Assembly: GCF_009914755.1 (NCBI RefSeq)
Contig: NC_060941.1
From: the human T2T-CHM13v2.0 reference genome, Homo sapiens
Reading direction: 5' to 3' (one strand)
Length of the DNA stretch: 64,000 nt
Both the position numbers and the translations under genes were made by a program. The notes below the pieces were generated by a model. The model was not told the origin of the DNA, ran no database searches, and saw only the letters and a list, made by a program, of their open reading frames with translations. Below are positions 1 through 22,120 of this stretch, in pieces. Numbering within the stretch: position 1 is the stretch's first letter; each line of letters begins with the position of its first letter.

Positions 1-115
1 AGGAAGGGCCTAGCCCCGGTGCCCAGCACAGAGGCTCCATATGTGTCACCGTTGTCAATTTCTGACTCATGTATTCATCTATTCATTCACTTCTCAAACC
101 ATCCTCTCGGCGTCA

Positions 116-728
<613 letters not shown>

Positions 729-2204
729 CACCTAAGCACCCAATGTGAATTTACTGAATGGGCAAAGGGATGGACGATGGGTGAATGAATGAATGAGTGC
801 ATGTGTAAATGAGTGTCTCAGATGGTTGTCCACCTGTCTTGGTGCCACCACTGCTCCTACTGAGGGTGTCCTTGCCCTCTCCTCTCGGGTACACGGGTTT
901 CCCCAGAGAGGTGGGTCTTGGAATTCCTCTTCCTCCCGCGTCCCCCCTTCTCCCTTCCCCCAAGGGCAGGGAAAGACACCCCAGTGCTCCCAGCCAGCAC
1001 TCCCCGGCTCCTCTAAGGGTGTTTCCTGGGACTTCCGGGGCCTCCCTTCCAGCTGCCACATGCCAACCCAGCCGGCTCCGGCTCAGCTCTGTGGTGCCAA
1101 GGTCACGGGTGTGATGCCCAACTCCAGACCCACAGTGCCTGCAGCAGCCACCCAAACCCTGGCCGACTCCGCCACCTGCCGGCTCTTTCTGGAAGCGCAT
1201 CCCGAGAGCTCTAAGCGGGAACCTCGGTCAAGGGCTATCAGGAACCCTGCCCTGGCGGGGGCTTTATTTTTCTTCCTATTGAATAGTCACAGCCACCATG
1301 TGAGGTGGGCTCTGAAGCATAAGGAAACTGAGGCACAGAGAGTAGCTAAGAAATGTGTCCAATTTCACACAGTAAATTACAGATCTGAAATTCTACCCAG
1401 GGCTGGGACTTCCCAGTTGATGTTCTGTCCAGGTAAACACATCTTGCTTGGGAGGAGGGAGGGACAGATCCCAGTGTCCCTTCTCCCCCCATCCGGGGAA
1501 GAGGGCAAAGGCCTCACACCACCCTCCCAGATTTTCCCTCCAAAGGTGAATGCAGGGCCTCCTGCACGCCAGGCCCCGCGGCAGGCATCCAGCAATGGCG
1601 TGAAGATACATGTTGGGAAAGAAACGCCTCAAAATAGTGTGCTCAGACCTATGGTACATTAATAGACACCCTACCGTCAACTTTTTCTGTCAGTCCAAGC
1701 AGAGAGACCCACAGTTCAATCAGAGTTACGTCAAATGAGGTCTTGAATTTGTTCCTTGGACCCAACCGCCTGTGCTTCTAACCCAAGAATAATAACCAAG
1801 GAGTGGCATATTATTTTTACATCTTATTTGCATATGATTAATTCTAAGTCAAAGTGAATGCAGGGCACCCTGGCCCCTTGCTTCTCAGTGCCCTCCCACC
1901 CCCACCCTGTGCCTGGTCCTAGCCATCTCCCCCAGCCCCTGCCGGACTCCACTGTCCCCAGCAGCCCCTCCCCACTCCTTGCCCCTGCCCACCCCTCCTC
2001 CAGCTCTCAGGAGTCCCATTCCCTTCCTCCTCTGTCGCCCACACAGCCCCCACCACCTGGCCGCCCACCTGAAAAACTTTTCCCCAAGTTCTTGAGAAGT
2101 CGCGTAGGATCCAGGAGAGAAAAATCAAAGTAATAAAACCTCATTTAATTCCTAACGGAGGGCAGAGCTGCGAGCTGCAATTATCTTAATGCTGAGCTAT
2201 TTTT

Positions 2205-2420
2205 ACTCTCTCTCCATCTCTGTCTTCTGCCTTTCTCTGTTGTGAGGTTCGCTGTCTCTCTCTCTGCCTCCCTTTGTCTCTCCATCTCTCAACCATGTTT
2301 TCTGTCTCTCTTTGCTTTCTCCTCTCTCCCCCCAATCTCTCTCTCACGTCCTGTCTCTGTGCAGTCTCTTCCTCCTCCTTCATGTCTGTCCCTCTGTCAG
2401 CCAGTCTTCCCCACCCTTCT
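2205..2420. repeat. CT-rich polypyrimidine low-complexity tract
   Basis: About 200 nt of imperfect (TC)n/(TCTG)n. Confidence 0.85.
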
Positions 2421-3879
2421 TGGCCCCAGGATTTAGATGCCAGCCTGGCCACAGGCTGGGGGAGATGGGCAAAAACCCTCCCTCCGCTCCCAAAGACCTC
2501 ATCTTCCAGGCCTAGCTGAGAGGGAGGCTTCTCTGCCCTCATCTCCCTTCTCAGCTGCCCCAGCCTGGGATCCGGGGAATGTTTCCTGATCTGGGGTCTC
2601 CCAGAGCTCCAATAAGTTCAGCAGAGCCTCCGTAAATAAGCCCTCCTGCTCAAATGGGGCTCAGCTGCCATGTTCCCTGAGGCCTTTTCAGCTCCTATGG
2701 GCTCTGAGGTGCAACTGGTGCTGATGCCTCCCTGTCTCCACCCTCTCATCACCCTCCCAGCTATCCTCTGTCCCCTTCATCCCCACGATCCTTCCCCACA
2801 CTGCCAGCACTGGAAGCCACAAGCCCCTTCCCCACCTCTGCCCACCCAGTGGCTGTCCGGGCCACTGCCTGGGCCATGCCCTTCCCATACCCCTTCTTCC
2901 TTTCAGGACCTCCTTATTTACCCTCCCAAGGCACTGCCAAACAGGTCTTTGCCACTCCCCACCACACCCCATCTTCGACAGAGGTTCTGGGCCAAGCCTA
3001 GGGGCTGCCAGAGATGCCTACACCCCTGGGCCAACAACTTATCATCCAGCTGTTTCCCAACAAGTATATAAGTCAACAAACATACAGGGACTTGAGCCAG
3101 GCCTGGGGTGGGCTGATGTGGAGCTGGATGGCCAGGACATCCCACTCCTATGAGCAACACTCTGGGCCTCCTGCCACCCTTTCCCTCACCCCCAGAGTGG
3201 GCCCTGACCCCAATTCCAGAAGATTCCTCTGGCCTTTCACTCCACCCAGGACCCAGATGCTGGGGCTGGGAGTGGAAAAGCTGCAGGAGGATTGGGGGTT
3301 TCAGGCCTGAGAGTGACCAGGAGAGAGGACGCCAACACAAACAGAGCCCCAGGAAAACATGCATGTACACGTCTACACACACCCTCTCAGTGCTAGACAG
3401 AAGCATTCAGACCCTCTGCACAGCTCCAAGGAGGGAAACAGCAGCTCCTGCAAAGGCACCCAAGGCCCGGACAAATAGACCAAATAGACAGGGACATTCC
3501 ACCCACAGGGCCAGCTCCTCCCGCTCCCGCTCCAGAGACACACACAAATACCTCTGGAGAGAGAGAGGCTCACACCTGTCTCCCCCAACCCTGCTTCTGA
3601 ATGCACCAAATTCATGCACGTGATGGCACGTGTACAGGCAGCCCCCAAACCCACCCCAACTCTGGGCCGGCCCTGTCCTCCCCACCCCATTAGATCCGGA
3701 GAGGAAAGACAGGAGCCACGTGAATCCACAGTACATCATGGCAGGGCACATTCCCCTTCTCCCTCACAGGAGCGCTCACACATCCACAACCTCATACCCC
3801 AGCAACTGCACAGCGGAGCTGTGGATACAGTCCCCCACCCCCTGCAAGCTGGCACACGCCTGCCCATCACCTTGACAGC

Positions 3880-4120
3880 CTCTGACATCCTCCCCCACAC
3901 CCACACCCTCCCCCGCACACACGCAGTCCTCCCACACCCTGCCACTCACACCTGCATCTTTGACACTCTGACACACTTACACAGACACACTCACACCACA
4001 CCGGACCCCCCAAAACACACTCCCTGGCTATGGGCACCACAGGGCCCCGGCACACCCCTGCACACTCTCCCTGCCACGATGACTGACACGTGTCCTCCCA
4101 CACACAACTCGGTCACACTC
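3880..4120. repeat. CA-rich low-complexity tract upstream of PPP1R1B
   Basis: Degenerate CACAC iterations. Confidence 0.7.
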
Positions 4121-4601
4121 GCTCCCTTTCCAGGACACCCCCATTCACAGCGTGACAGGCTGGTACTCTCCCCACGACCTCGCAGGCCTCTCTGAAACTC
4201 CCAGTACCAGGACCACGAAGGGGTTAAAGCCAGAGTCCTGCCTCCCCGCTGCCCCTCTCCCCCTCCCTCCCCCTTTATCCTCTCTGCTGGACTCCATCAA
4301 TAATGCAGCTTCAAGTTCTGGGGAGACCGCAGGGGGCCCCCCAGCTGGCTCCCCAGGCCTTGGCTCTAACTCCCACCCTCCTCCCAGCCCCAGGAGAACA
4401 CGATTCTCCATGCTCATTGGCCAGTTTCCCCTAAACCCTCCCTCCGAGCACCCGGGCGCCAGTCCCAGGCGGAGGGGACGGGCTGGGGACCCCAAAGCTG
4501 GGACCGGAGGGTGAGCCCGGCAGAGGCAGAGACACACGCGGAGAGGAGGAGAGGCTGAGGGAGGGAGGTGGAGAAGGACGGGAGAGGCAGAGAGAGGAGA
4601 C

Positions 4602-4686
4602 ACGCAGAGACACTCAGGAGGGGAGAGACACCGAGACGCAGAGACACTCAGGAGGGGAGAGACACCGAGACGCAGAGACACCCAGG
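4602..4686 (+). repeat. 34-bp tandem repeat, about 2.4 copies
   Basis: ACGCAGAGACACTCAGGAGGGGAGAGACACCGAG is identical at 4602-4635 and 4636-4669, followed by a partial third copy. Confidence 0.95.
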
Positions 4687-4962
4687 CCGGGGAGCGCGAG
4701 GGAGCGAGGCACAGACCTGGCTCAGCGAGCGCGGGGGGCGAGCCCCGAGTCCCGAGAGCCTGGGGGCGCGCCCAGCCCGGGCGCCGACCCTCCTCCCGCT
4801 CCCGCGCCCTCCCCTCGGCGGGCACGGTATTTTTATCCGTGCGCGAACAGCCCTCCTCCTCCTCTCGCCGCACAGCCCGCCGCCTGCGCGGGGGAGCCCA
4901 GCACAGACCGCCGCCGGGACCCCGAGTCGCGCACCCCAGCCCCACCGCCCACCCCGCGCGCC

Positions 4963-13435
<8,473 letters not shown>

Positions 13436-14175
13436 GCACCCAGCCTGCATCTCCCAGGAGGAAGTGGAGGGGACATCGCTGTTCCCCAGAAACCCACTCT
13501 ATCCTCACCCTGTTTTGTGCTCTTCCCCTCGCCTGCTAGGGCTGCGGCTTCTGACTTCTAGAAGACTAAGGCTGGTCTGTGTTTGCTTGTTTGCCCACCT
13601 TTGGCTGATACCCAGAGAACCTGGGCACTTGCTGCCTGATGCCCACCCCTGCCAGTCATTCCTCCATTCACCCAGCGGGAGGTGGGATGTGAGACAGCCC
13701 ACATTGGAAAATCCAGAAAACCGGGAACAGGGATTTGCCCTTCACAATTCTACTCCCCAGATCCTCTCCCCTGGACACAGGAGACCCACAGGGCAGGACC
13801 CTAAGATCTGGGGAAAGGAGGTCCTGAGAACCTTGAGGTACCCTTAGATCCTTTTCTACCCACTTTCCTATGGAGGATTCCAAGTCACCACTTCTCTCAC
13901 CGGCTTCTACCAGGGTCCAGGACTAAGGCGTTTTTCTCCATAGCCTCAACATTTTGGGAATCTTCCCTTAATCACCCTTGCTCCTCCTGGGTGCCTGGAA
14001 GATGGACTGGCAGAGACCTCTTTGTTGCGTTTTGTGCTTTGATGCCAGGAATGCCGCCTAGTTTATGTCCCCGGTGGGGCACACAGCGGGGGGCGCCAGG
14101 TTTTCCTTGTCCCCCAGCTGCTCTGCCCCTTTCCCCTTCTTCCCTGACTCCAGGCCTGAACCCCTCCCGTGCTGT

Positions 14176-14181
14176 AATAAA
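14176..14181 (+). terminator. PPP1R1B: PPP1R1B polyadenylation signal AATAAA
   Basis: TGTAATAAA lies about 740 nt after the stop codon, just before the STARD3 island. Confidence 0.88.
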
Positions 14182-14579
14182 TCTTTGTAAATAACTGCTG
14201 AGACTCCTCTTTCAGGGGAAGCAGGAGGAAAAGGGAGGTAATGGGGCGTCCTGATAGGGAAGGCCGGTGGTCAACCAAGGGTTAGGGTTTTGACCCTACT
14301 GTCCAATCCTCTAGTCTAGGAGTCTTTCTGGCAGACAGCAGGCTCGGGGCACTCAGAGGAAGAACTACAGAAGTTCTAGCTGCTGCTTGGGATGGCTGAA
14401 GGAGGCAGGTGGGGTGGGGAAGTCCTTCTCGAATAACTGGATTCCTCCAAAGATTTCCCCATCCCCACAGGACTCCCCTCGGGAAATTCCCCTTTTTCCC
14501 TCAGTGCCAGGCCTGTGTGGCCTAATAACGACGGCCCTGGTCTTCTTCCCACTCCCCTACCCTTAGGTAGGCCCTTAGA

Positions 14580-15060
14580 CTCCGGCCTTTGAGTCCGCTT
14601 CTGCGCAGGGCCGGGGCTGGAGGCGGGGCGAAGGGGCGGGGCCGCAGGCGAACGCAAGTCCCGCTTCGCTCTCGGGGGCGGACTCAGCGGCGGAAGTGGC
14701 GCTGCCGGAAGATCTTCTTCCGCTCTGAGGCGCTACTGAGGCCGCGGAGCCGGACTGCGGTTGGGGCGGGAAGAGCCGGGGCCGTGGCTGACATGGAGCA
14801 GGTGGGTCCCGGAGCGGTCGCTGGGAGCGGGTGGCGTGCGAGGGCCGTCTTCCGCCGGTCGAACCCGCTTCGCCGCCCGCTGTCCGTGCTGGGTTCCGTC
14901 CGACCCTTCCCACACCCGCTGCGTCTCAGGTTCCGCCCCCTTCCTCTGTCTGGCCTCGCGCCGCCCCGCGCGGGTTGGGGTCTCCAGCAATGACTCTTGG
15001 CGACCCCGCCTATCCTGGGGAGCCCGGGGAGGACGTTCGGGATCTCCTTCCAAAGCCTCC
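14580..15060 (+). promoter_or_regulatory. STARD3: STARD3 CpG-island promoter and non-coding exon 1 (donor CAG|GTGGGT at 14801/14802); exon 2 acceptor at 31049/31050
   Basis: GC boxes at 14620-14642 and ETS/GABP motifs CGGAAGTG 14691-14698, CCGGAAG 14705-14711 and inverted CTTCCG 14717-14722. TATA-less housekeeping architecture. Confidence 0.85.
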
Positions 15061-16204
15061 GTCTTAACTGAGGGGAGAGGAGAGGGTGAGGTGTCTGGGT
15101 GTTATGAGCAGGGGCAGGTATGGGGAGGGGTGGGAATCTGGGGTGAGAGGAAAACATCTACGCATTCCGGTAGCTCTGCGTCTCAGTGTCATCCCGTGTC
15201 TCCCCAACTTCCTTTCGAAACGGCCGTGAATAACTTCCTAATTGGTATTAAAAGGGCCCTTTGAAGTCTTGAGTTCTTAGAGGTGCATAGTACCATTGAC
15301 ACTCATTTCTAATGACACGTTCCCTCACCCCGCATTTTTGGGTTAGTCAATGTCTCCTGGTTTTCTTCGTACCGCTCTGACAGTCGGTCAAAGTCCCGCT
15401 TCACGTTTTCCTCTGTCGCCCAACCCCTCGCTCTGTACACTGAATCTCAGTGGTCTTATTTTCCCCCACGGCTTCAGCTTTACACCAACTAAATACCCAG
15501 ATCCACATCTTCAGCGCAGCCCTTCCCTGGAGCTCCACGCTTGCCCATCCAGCGGCCATTGGGACAGCTCTGCTTCACATGGAGCTCACTGGGTCCAAAC
15601 TTGAACTGGTCTTTTCCTTGCAGATTAATTCTTCCTCTACCCCAACCCAGCCGGAAGTCTGGTAATTACCTTACACTTTCTCCTCTCTTTCAAGTCCCAC
15701 ATCTTAAAAGTGACCTAGTACTGCCAACTTCCTGAACATCCTTCAAACCTGGGCCAGCTCCATCTCTTCTGTTACCACGCTGTTGATGTATTGTCAATTC
15801 CCAACAGTCCAGCCCTGGCAGCTTGCAACCCAGTCTCCAAACTGTAACTCTTGTGATCCTTTTAGAACACAAGTCTTACGGTGCCAGTTCCTTGCTGATA
15901 ACCTTTTTCTGGCTTTCTATTGCCTATGTGCTGAACCCCTAGCACAATTTACACAGCTCTCTGTGATCTGACCTAGCAGTCTCCTGTGTGCACCCTAAGG
16001 TCCAATAATACGGCACTGCAGCATGCGCCATGCCTACCCTTGCTGTTCGTATCTTCATGACTTTGCACACACCAGCCCCCGCTGCTTGGAAACCTCCTCC
16101 TTCTCTTGTCTGCTGGGCTACCTTCTACATGTTTTTCAGCGCAGGCAGCGCTGCCTCCGCCTAACCCCCAAGGTTAATTGCCCTTCTGTGTCCTGTAGCA
16201 CCCT

Positions 16205-16420
16205 GTCCATAATAGCATAGTAGCTGAGAATACAGACTCCTGGATCAGACTGCCTGGGTTCTGACCTGTTTGGTAACCTTGATGAAGTCAGTGCCTCAAT
16301 TTCCTCACTTGTAAAATGGAGGTAGGAATGTCTCTACTTCATAGAGTTGTGAGGATTGAATGGAATATTGTATGTTTAGGTCTTAAACCAGTGCTAGGCA
16401 CAAGAATGCTCAATAAATTA
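16205..16420 (+). mobile_element. MIR SINE
   Basis: Core GTGCCTCAATTTCCTCACTTGTAAAATGG...TTGTGAGGATTGAATG. Confidence 0.75.
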
Positions 16421-16429
16421 AAGTGAGTT

Positions 16430-16697
16430 GCCTGGGTGCAGTGGCTCATGCATTAATCCTAGTACTTTGGGAGGCAAGGCAGGATGATCGCTTGAGGCCA
16501 GGGGTTTGCAACTAGCTTGGGCAACATAGTGAGACCCCATCGCTACAAAAATTTAAAAAACTAGCTGAGCATGGTGGTACGTGTGGGAGGATCCTTTGAG
16601 CCCAGGAATTTGAAGTTACAACGAGATATGGTTGTGCCACTGCACTCTAGTGTGAGGGACAGAGTGAGATCCTGTTTCTAAAATAAATAAATAAAAA
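16430..16697 (+). mobile_element. Alu (AluJ-like) with internal deletion
   Basis: Both arms are present, but the right arm lacks the CCTGTAGTCCCAGC segment. Confidence 0.88.
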
Positions 16698-18648
16698 GTT
16701 ATTACTATTATGTAAGGACAACATAGTTCACCAGTTATGATTTTTAATTTCATAAGTTGCCTGAGGATGGTTGAAGTGGCTTACTAGTCATTGGATAGAG
16801 CCTGGCTCTTTGCCAATAAATAAAATGCTGGAGTGGAGGACACTGGGGGCAGGGTCTGGATTTATTGAGTGAAGATTCAAGAGTGAAAAAGGCTCAGACC
16901 TGGTCTGCTCAGGAAAACCAGTCTGGAAGTGTGTGTGTGTTACATGGCAAGCATTAAATCTAGAGAAATGTATAGATCTGGGAACTAGAGGGAGAAAAAG
17001 ACCAGGGGCGGCTTCTGAGGAGCTGACAGTTAATGGGGCCTATAAAGCGATGGGAGGATTTTATCAGAGGGAGGCAGAGGCTGGAGTGGGCTCAGAGATC
17101 AGAAAGCTGGGTCCTCTGAACAGAGCTCCAGTAGATGGTGGCTGGGTGGGGGAACAGGGGAGACGGAGCTGAGGAAGACAGAGGCAGCGTCCTTTGCTGA
17201 CGCTGGCAATTCCTTTCCTGTATTGGCCATGAGGAAGCATCCCTTGACTTGGGAGCCAGCAGGGACCATGCCTGGGGGCAACTATGCTCCGGAGGCCTAG
17301 TACCTGGTGTTTGGGACCAGGCCCCCTGGGTAGGGCCATTGTGCATGCCTTTGGGCTGGGCCTTCTTTGGAGCTCTTTTGCCTCCCTGTAATGCCCACCC
17401 TCCTTGCCTCCAGCTGATAGATGCTGACTCTTCAAGGCCAGGGTCAGATGGCCCCTCCTCCCTGTGGCTTTTCTGACTTCACTCATTCCAGCCTGGGTCA
17501 GATGATCCCTTCTCTGGGAGCCCACGGTCCTTTGTTCATTCCTCCCTGAAAGCGCTGATCACAGCATGGTATTATTTATCTGCCAGTCTTCCTCACCAGA
17601 CCCAGAGTCCCTGATGGACCAGAACAGGGTCCTGTGGCCCCAGGACTTGCACTGTGTCCAGCATACTGTAGGCCCTTGGAACCCGCATGTTGCATTAAGT
17701 TGAGCTCTCACACAGCTAGACTTGTTAAGGGAGAGCGGTGCGGGGGAGATAAAAAATCCGGCACATCTGGCAGCTTGTGCCTGTTCCACTGAATGCGAGA
17801 GCCTGTTGGCTCCACTTTACAGATGAGGAAGCTGAGGTTCAGGGGAGGTAAGGTCAAGATCACTCAGCAGGGATTTAAAGAGCTGTCTCCTGACTCCAGG
17901 TCTGCATGTCTCCCAGAAACTGCCTTGGGGTCCCAGCCTCCAAGGGGGCAGGTGCCACATCAGTGGGACAAAAGAAAAGTGTCCCTTTTTCTGGCTGAGG
18001 AGAGGCTAATCCTGGCTTTGTCCAGGCAGGGTTGGTGCCTGGAGGATCCTGTGCTGAAACCGGCTCCCTTCCATCCCCCCAACCCCCCCACCCCTTGTCC
18101 CTTGCCCTATGGGGGCCTTTTCTTGAGAGGGCTGAGATCTCTCCTGGAAGATGACTAGCCGTTTCCAGACTAACCTTGGGAACTTGACCTCACTGGTTTA
18201 CATAGCAGCACGAAGAGGGCAGGTGGGGCCTGATTCACTGGCCCTGAGTGGGTCAGGGGTCATGGAATCACAGAACTGGGGGCATCCCTGATGATTCACA
18301 GGGCCTGGCACAAGGGGGAAGGGAGGGCAAGTAGATCTCAGTGTGTTAGGGTCTTCCTGTACACTGCACCCGCAGAGCCTCCCCGGCTGGGGGGAGAAGT
18401 GTGTGGTGGTGAGTCTTGTTTCTATTTGGCTTAACTCTTCCCCTTCCGCTTCCTCAGAAGGAAAGGAGAAACAGAGCCAGGCTTTGGCTTTGGGTCTTAT
18501 TTGTCACTGTAGCTGTGTCCTCCTCTCCCTACACTCCCACTTCTCCAGGGGATTTCCCAAACCCTCTGTGGAGGGCTATAGTAGGGCCAGTCAGCCAACC
18601 ATCCCGAGGCTGATGGCATGGGCCAGTAACCCTGAATGTGCCATCCTA

Positions 18649-19038
18649 GCCAGGCGCAGTGGTGCACACCTGTAGGCTCAACTACTTGGGAACCTACTCC
18701 CAAGTTTTTGACTCCAGGATTGATGTCCAACCCCAAACCCACACCCTTTCTCCTGTTCCAGGGTGGACATTACGGATCCACAGACTAGCTAACTTACTAG
18801 ACATGTACCGTGGCCAGGCACTGTGGCTGTGACTTGGACCTCAAGGGCTTAGGACAGATGGCCTTGAAACATCTAGCTGTGATAAGGGAAATGCTGACCC
18901 AGAGTTACTTGGGAGGCTGAGGCAGGATTGCTTGAGCCCAGGAGTTTGAGACCACAGTGTCCTATGATCGCGCCTGTGAACAGCCACTGCACTCCAGTCT
19001 GGCAACATAGTGAGACCTGTCTCTTAAAAAAAAAAAAA
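18649..19038 (+). mobile_element. Fossil Alu monomer (FAM) split by a ~200-bp insertion
   Basis: 5' part at 18649-18691. The 3' part at 18907-19038 carries the 7SL-like ATGATCGCGCCTGTGAACAGCCACTGCACTCC and an A tail. Confidence 0.85.
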
Positions 19039-19553
19039 GTGTCATTCTGGGTCAGCCCCCTGAAGCCAGGGTCTACCCTTCCATTCTGCAGTACTGCTGG
19101 GACTCTCAGTTTGGGCAAAGTGCTATGCTGGACCTGCCTGGCCAGGGTCCTGCCTCTAACACTGTCCCCATGGGTAATAGTAGTAATAGCTGCTATTAAT
19201 TAAGCACAGACACTGTGCATGTGTTGTTTCTAATCCCTTCAAGCTCTGTGAAGTAGGTACTATATTCTCCCCATTTTACAGAAAAGGAGACTGAAGTTCA
19301 GAGAAACCCAGTGATTTGGTCAAGGGCACACAATCTAATAAGGAATGGCCTTAGGTTTTTGCCTCCAGGACTGGTGTCCAACCCCAAACCCACACCCTTT
19401 TCCCTGTTCCAGGGTGGACATTATGGATCCACAGGCTAACTTACTAGACATGTATCATGGCCAGGCACTGTGACTGTGACTTGGACCTCAAGGGCTTGGG
19501 ACAGATGGCCTCGAGACATCTAGCTGTGATAAGGGAAGTGCTGACCCAGAGTT
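18704..19553 (+). repeat. Dispersed direct duplication: 18704-18906 vs 19355-19553 (about 93% identical)
   Basis: Hand alignment gives about 13 substitutions and one 4-nt indel. Confidence 0.95.
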
Positions 19554-22120
19554 CTGAAAGGTCAGGGGAGTCTGGAGGGTGAGGAGAAGCTCTGCCCCGG
19601 AGGTGACATTTGAACTAGTCTCTGAAGCGCCAGAGTTCTCCCCAAAGGAAGGAGGTCATTCAAGAATGAGGAAACAGGGCGCCCAGGCGATGGGCTGTGG
19701 TGTGTCCTGGGAGCAGCCAATGATCAGCAGAGTAGAGGCAGCGAGTGTTGACCCCCATAGCAAAAAATGAGTGCTGGGGTCTGGAGTCCTCCCTCCTCCT
19801 TAACCCTCCTCTGTTATCAAAGACTCAAGGTTAACTCACCTTACGTCTTCTCCCTACAAGTCAGGCTCAGGGAGGGGAGCAGATACCCTGCTTGAGGACC
19901 CCCAGGAAACCAGTTCCTCTTTCCTTCTTGTGGAGGGAGTGCCTGGGCTCTGGGCAGGGAAGACCCCCACAGAGGGTGGAGTCCAGCTCCAGGAGAGGCA
20001 GCCTGGGCAGGGAGGGGCTGCTCTCCCGGCTGGGCGTGAGTGTCCATGTGCACTTGTGCATGTGCTGCTGTAGGGAAGGGTGTAAATGGCCGTTCAGTGC
20101 ATTTCCTGGAAACCCACTCTGAGCCTGGTACAGTTCTGGCACTGGGCATGCAGCAGGGAGCAAAGCACAGGAAGTCCTTACTTTCATGGAGTTCGCATGC
20201 CAGTGGGAGACGATGGGCAGTAAACACAGACCAGTGAATGTATCATATGTCAGGGGTGACAAGTGCTGTGAAGAAAAATACAGCAGGGTAAGGGATGGAG
20301 GGTGGGGGCTAAATAGAGGTTCAGGAATGGTCTCTACAAAGGGACATTTGCATAGGGACCTCATTGGAATGAGAGAGCAAGTCATGCAAAGACCTGGGGA
20401 GGAGCTCCCGACAGAGCAGCAGGTGCAAGGGCCCTGGGGTAGGAGCATGCTTGATGTGTCCGTGGACAGCGAGGGACCAGTGTGGCTGGAGTAGAGGGCT
20501 CAAGGGGAAGAGGAAAGGGGAAGAGGAGGACTTGTAGGCTAGGGTGGGGACTTACGCCTTTATTCTGGGGAAGCCATTGGAGGTTGGGGCACTGGGGAGA
20601 TGTGATCTGGCTTTTAACAGGATCCCTGTGGCTGCTGTGTTGAGAACAGGCTGAAGGGGTGAAGACAAGAAAGAGTGGCAGGTAGAGGTGATAGCCTGGA
20701 CAGGGTGACATAGTGGTAGGTGAGCAGTGGGCAGATACTGGCCAGATTTTGCAGGAAGAGACAACAGGATTTGCTCATGGTTTGGATGTGGAAGGGAGGT
20801 GTGACCAGATGAATGCTAAGCCCAAAGAGGGCCTCTTGACACACTGTCCCCCAGCTAGCAAGGACTCTTGCAGGCAGCAGCATTTGTACTTAGAAGGTCC
20901 CAGCCTGTCATGGGGGAAGGTCATGTTCCTCTGGGGTCGGCTCCGCTCTGCCTCTTCCTGGCTAGGGGACTGTGGGCAGCTCTCCTTCCCATGAGTCATC
21001 ACTACAGCTTCTGGGAAGGGGTGTGATGCATTAAGGAGATGGTGTCTGCATGGTGCCACCGCAGGCCATGGCCAGCTGGATCTGTGTCTTCTGCACCAGC
21101 CCATCTGGATGCAGTGCAACCTGTCTGGTCTGCTATCCTGCGTTCCCCTAACTGGCACCCTCCTGGGCCAGCCAGCAGCAGGACATAGACCAAGGCCAAC
21201 CTCCTCCACACCCAGGGCCTCTGCCTTCTACCCTCTGTGGAGTCTCCATTAACTTGGCATTGACAGGGCTGCTTGACTCAAAACAACCCCAGCCCTGCCC
21301 TGAAGCCATCTCGCCAGTCAGTCAGAGCTCAAGACTCTCTCTTTCTCTGGAGAAGAGCAGGAAAGTAATCCCAGCTAACCCTCATGCAGCCACCACTCTG
21401 TGTCAGAATCTCTTCTAGGCCATTGCATTGAATAAGTCATTTAATCCATATAAACCTGCAAGGAGTAGGTGATATTGTTAACCCCATTTTATAGGCGAGG
21501 AAACTGAGGCATGGTGAGGTTAAGTGACCAGCAAGGTGGAAATCTGAGGTTTGACCCATCTCCTGGTGTGGAGTCCAGTTCTCTCAGCTTCACTGATCCT
21601 TCCTGATTTGTGCTGAGTTAGGGACCCCTTGGGAAGCCCCCATGGGCAGGGGGTGCTGGTGCTAGCATTTCCTGTGGATTATGGGAGGGGGATGTGTGGA
21701 GGACCTGTGTCTACTGTTCCTCTAGCCTCTGGGGGATTTGGAGAACCCACTCTGCCCAGAGATGTAAGTCATCTTTGGATATAGATGAGACTTGTTCCCC
21801 CTCCCCCTGAATCCCAGGGCACAGCTCTATGGAATAAGCTCTAGCTGGAACTTGTAAAGTTTGGCCCAGCCCTCCCTGGGAGGCTAGGAGGTGGGGAAGA
21901 GCCAGGAGACTCGAAGTGGTGGTGGTAGTTAATGTCTATGTGGTTAGACGTTAACCAGTTACTCTGTGGTGCCAGGCACTGTCCTAGGCACGCTATAGTT
22001 ATCATTGTCTCCTTTGGTGCCCCCAGACAGCCCAGGGTCAAGACAGGTAGCCTCAGTTTACAGATGCAGCAGTGGAGGCTTGCACAATGAGTAGGTGGCT
22101 TTGTTCAAATCACAGACCTA

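Noticed and set aside
793-1662. 289-aa ORF, the longest in the track
   Set aside because: It starts in an L2-like TGAA tract, crosses a MIR-like segment and has no recognisable domain or exon structure. Likely chance in GC-rich DNA.
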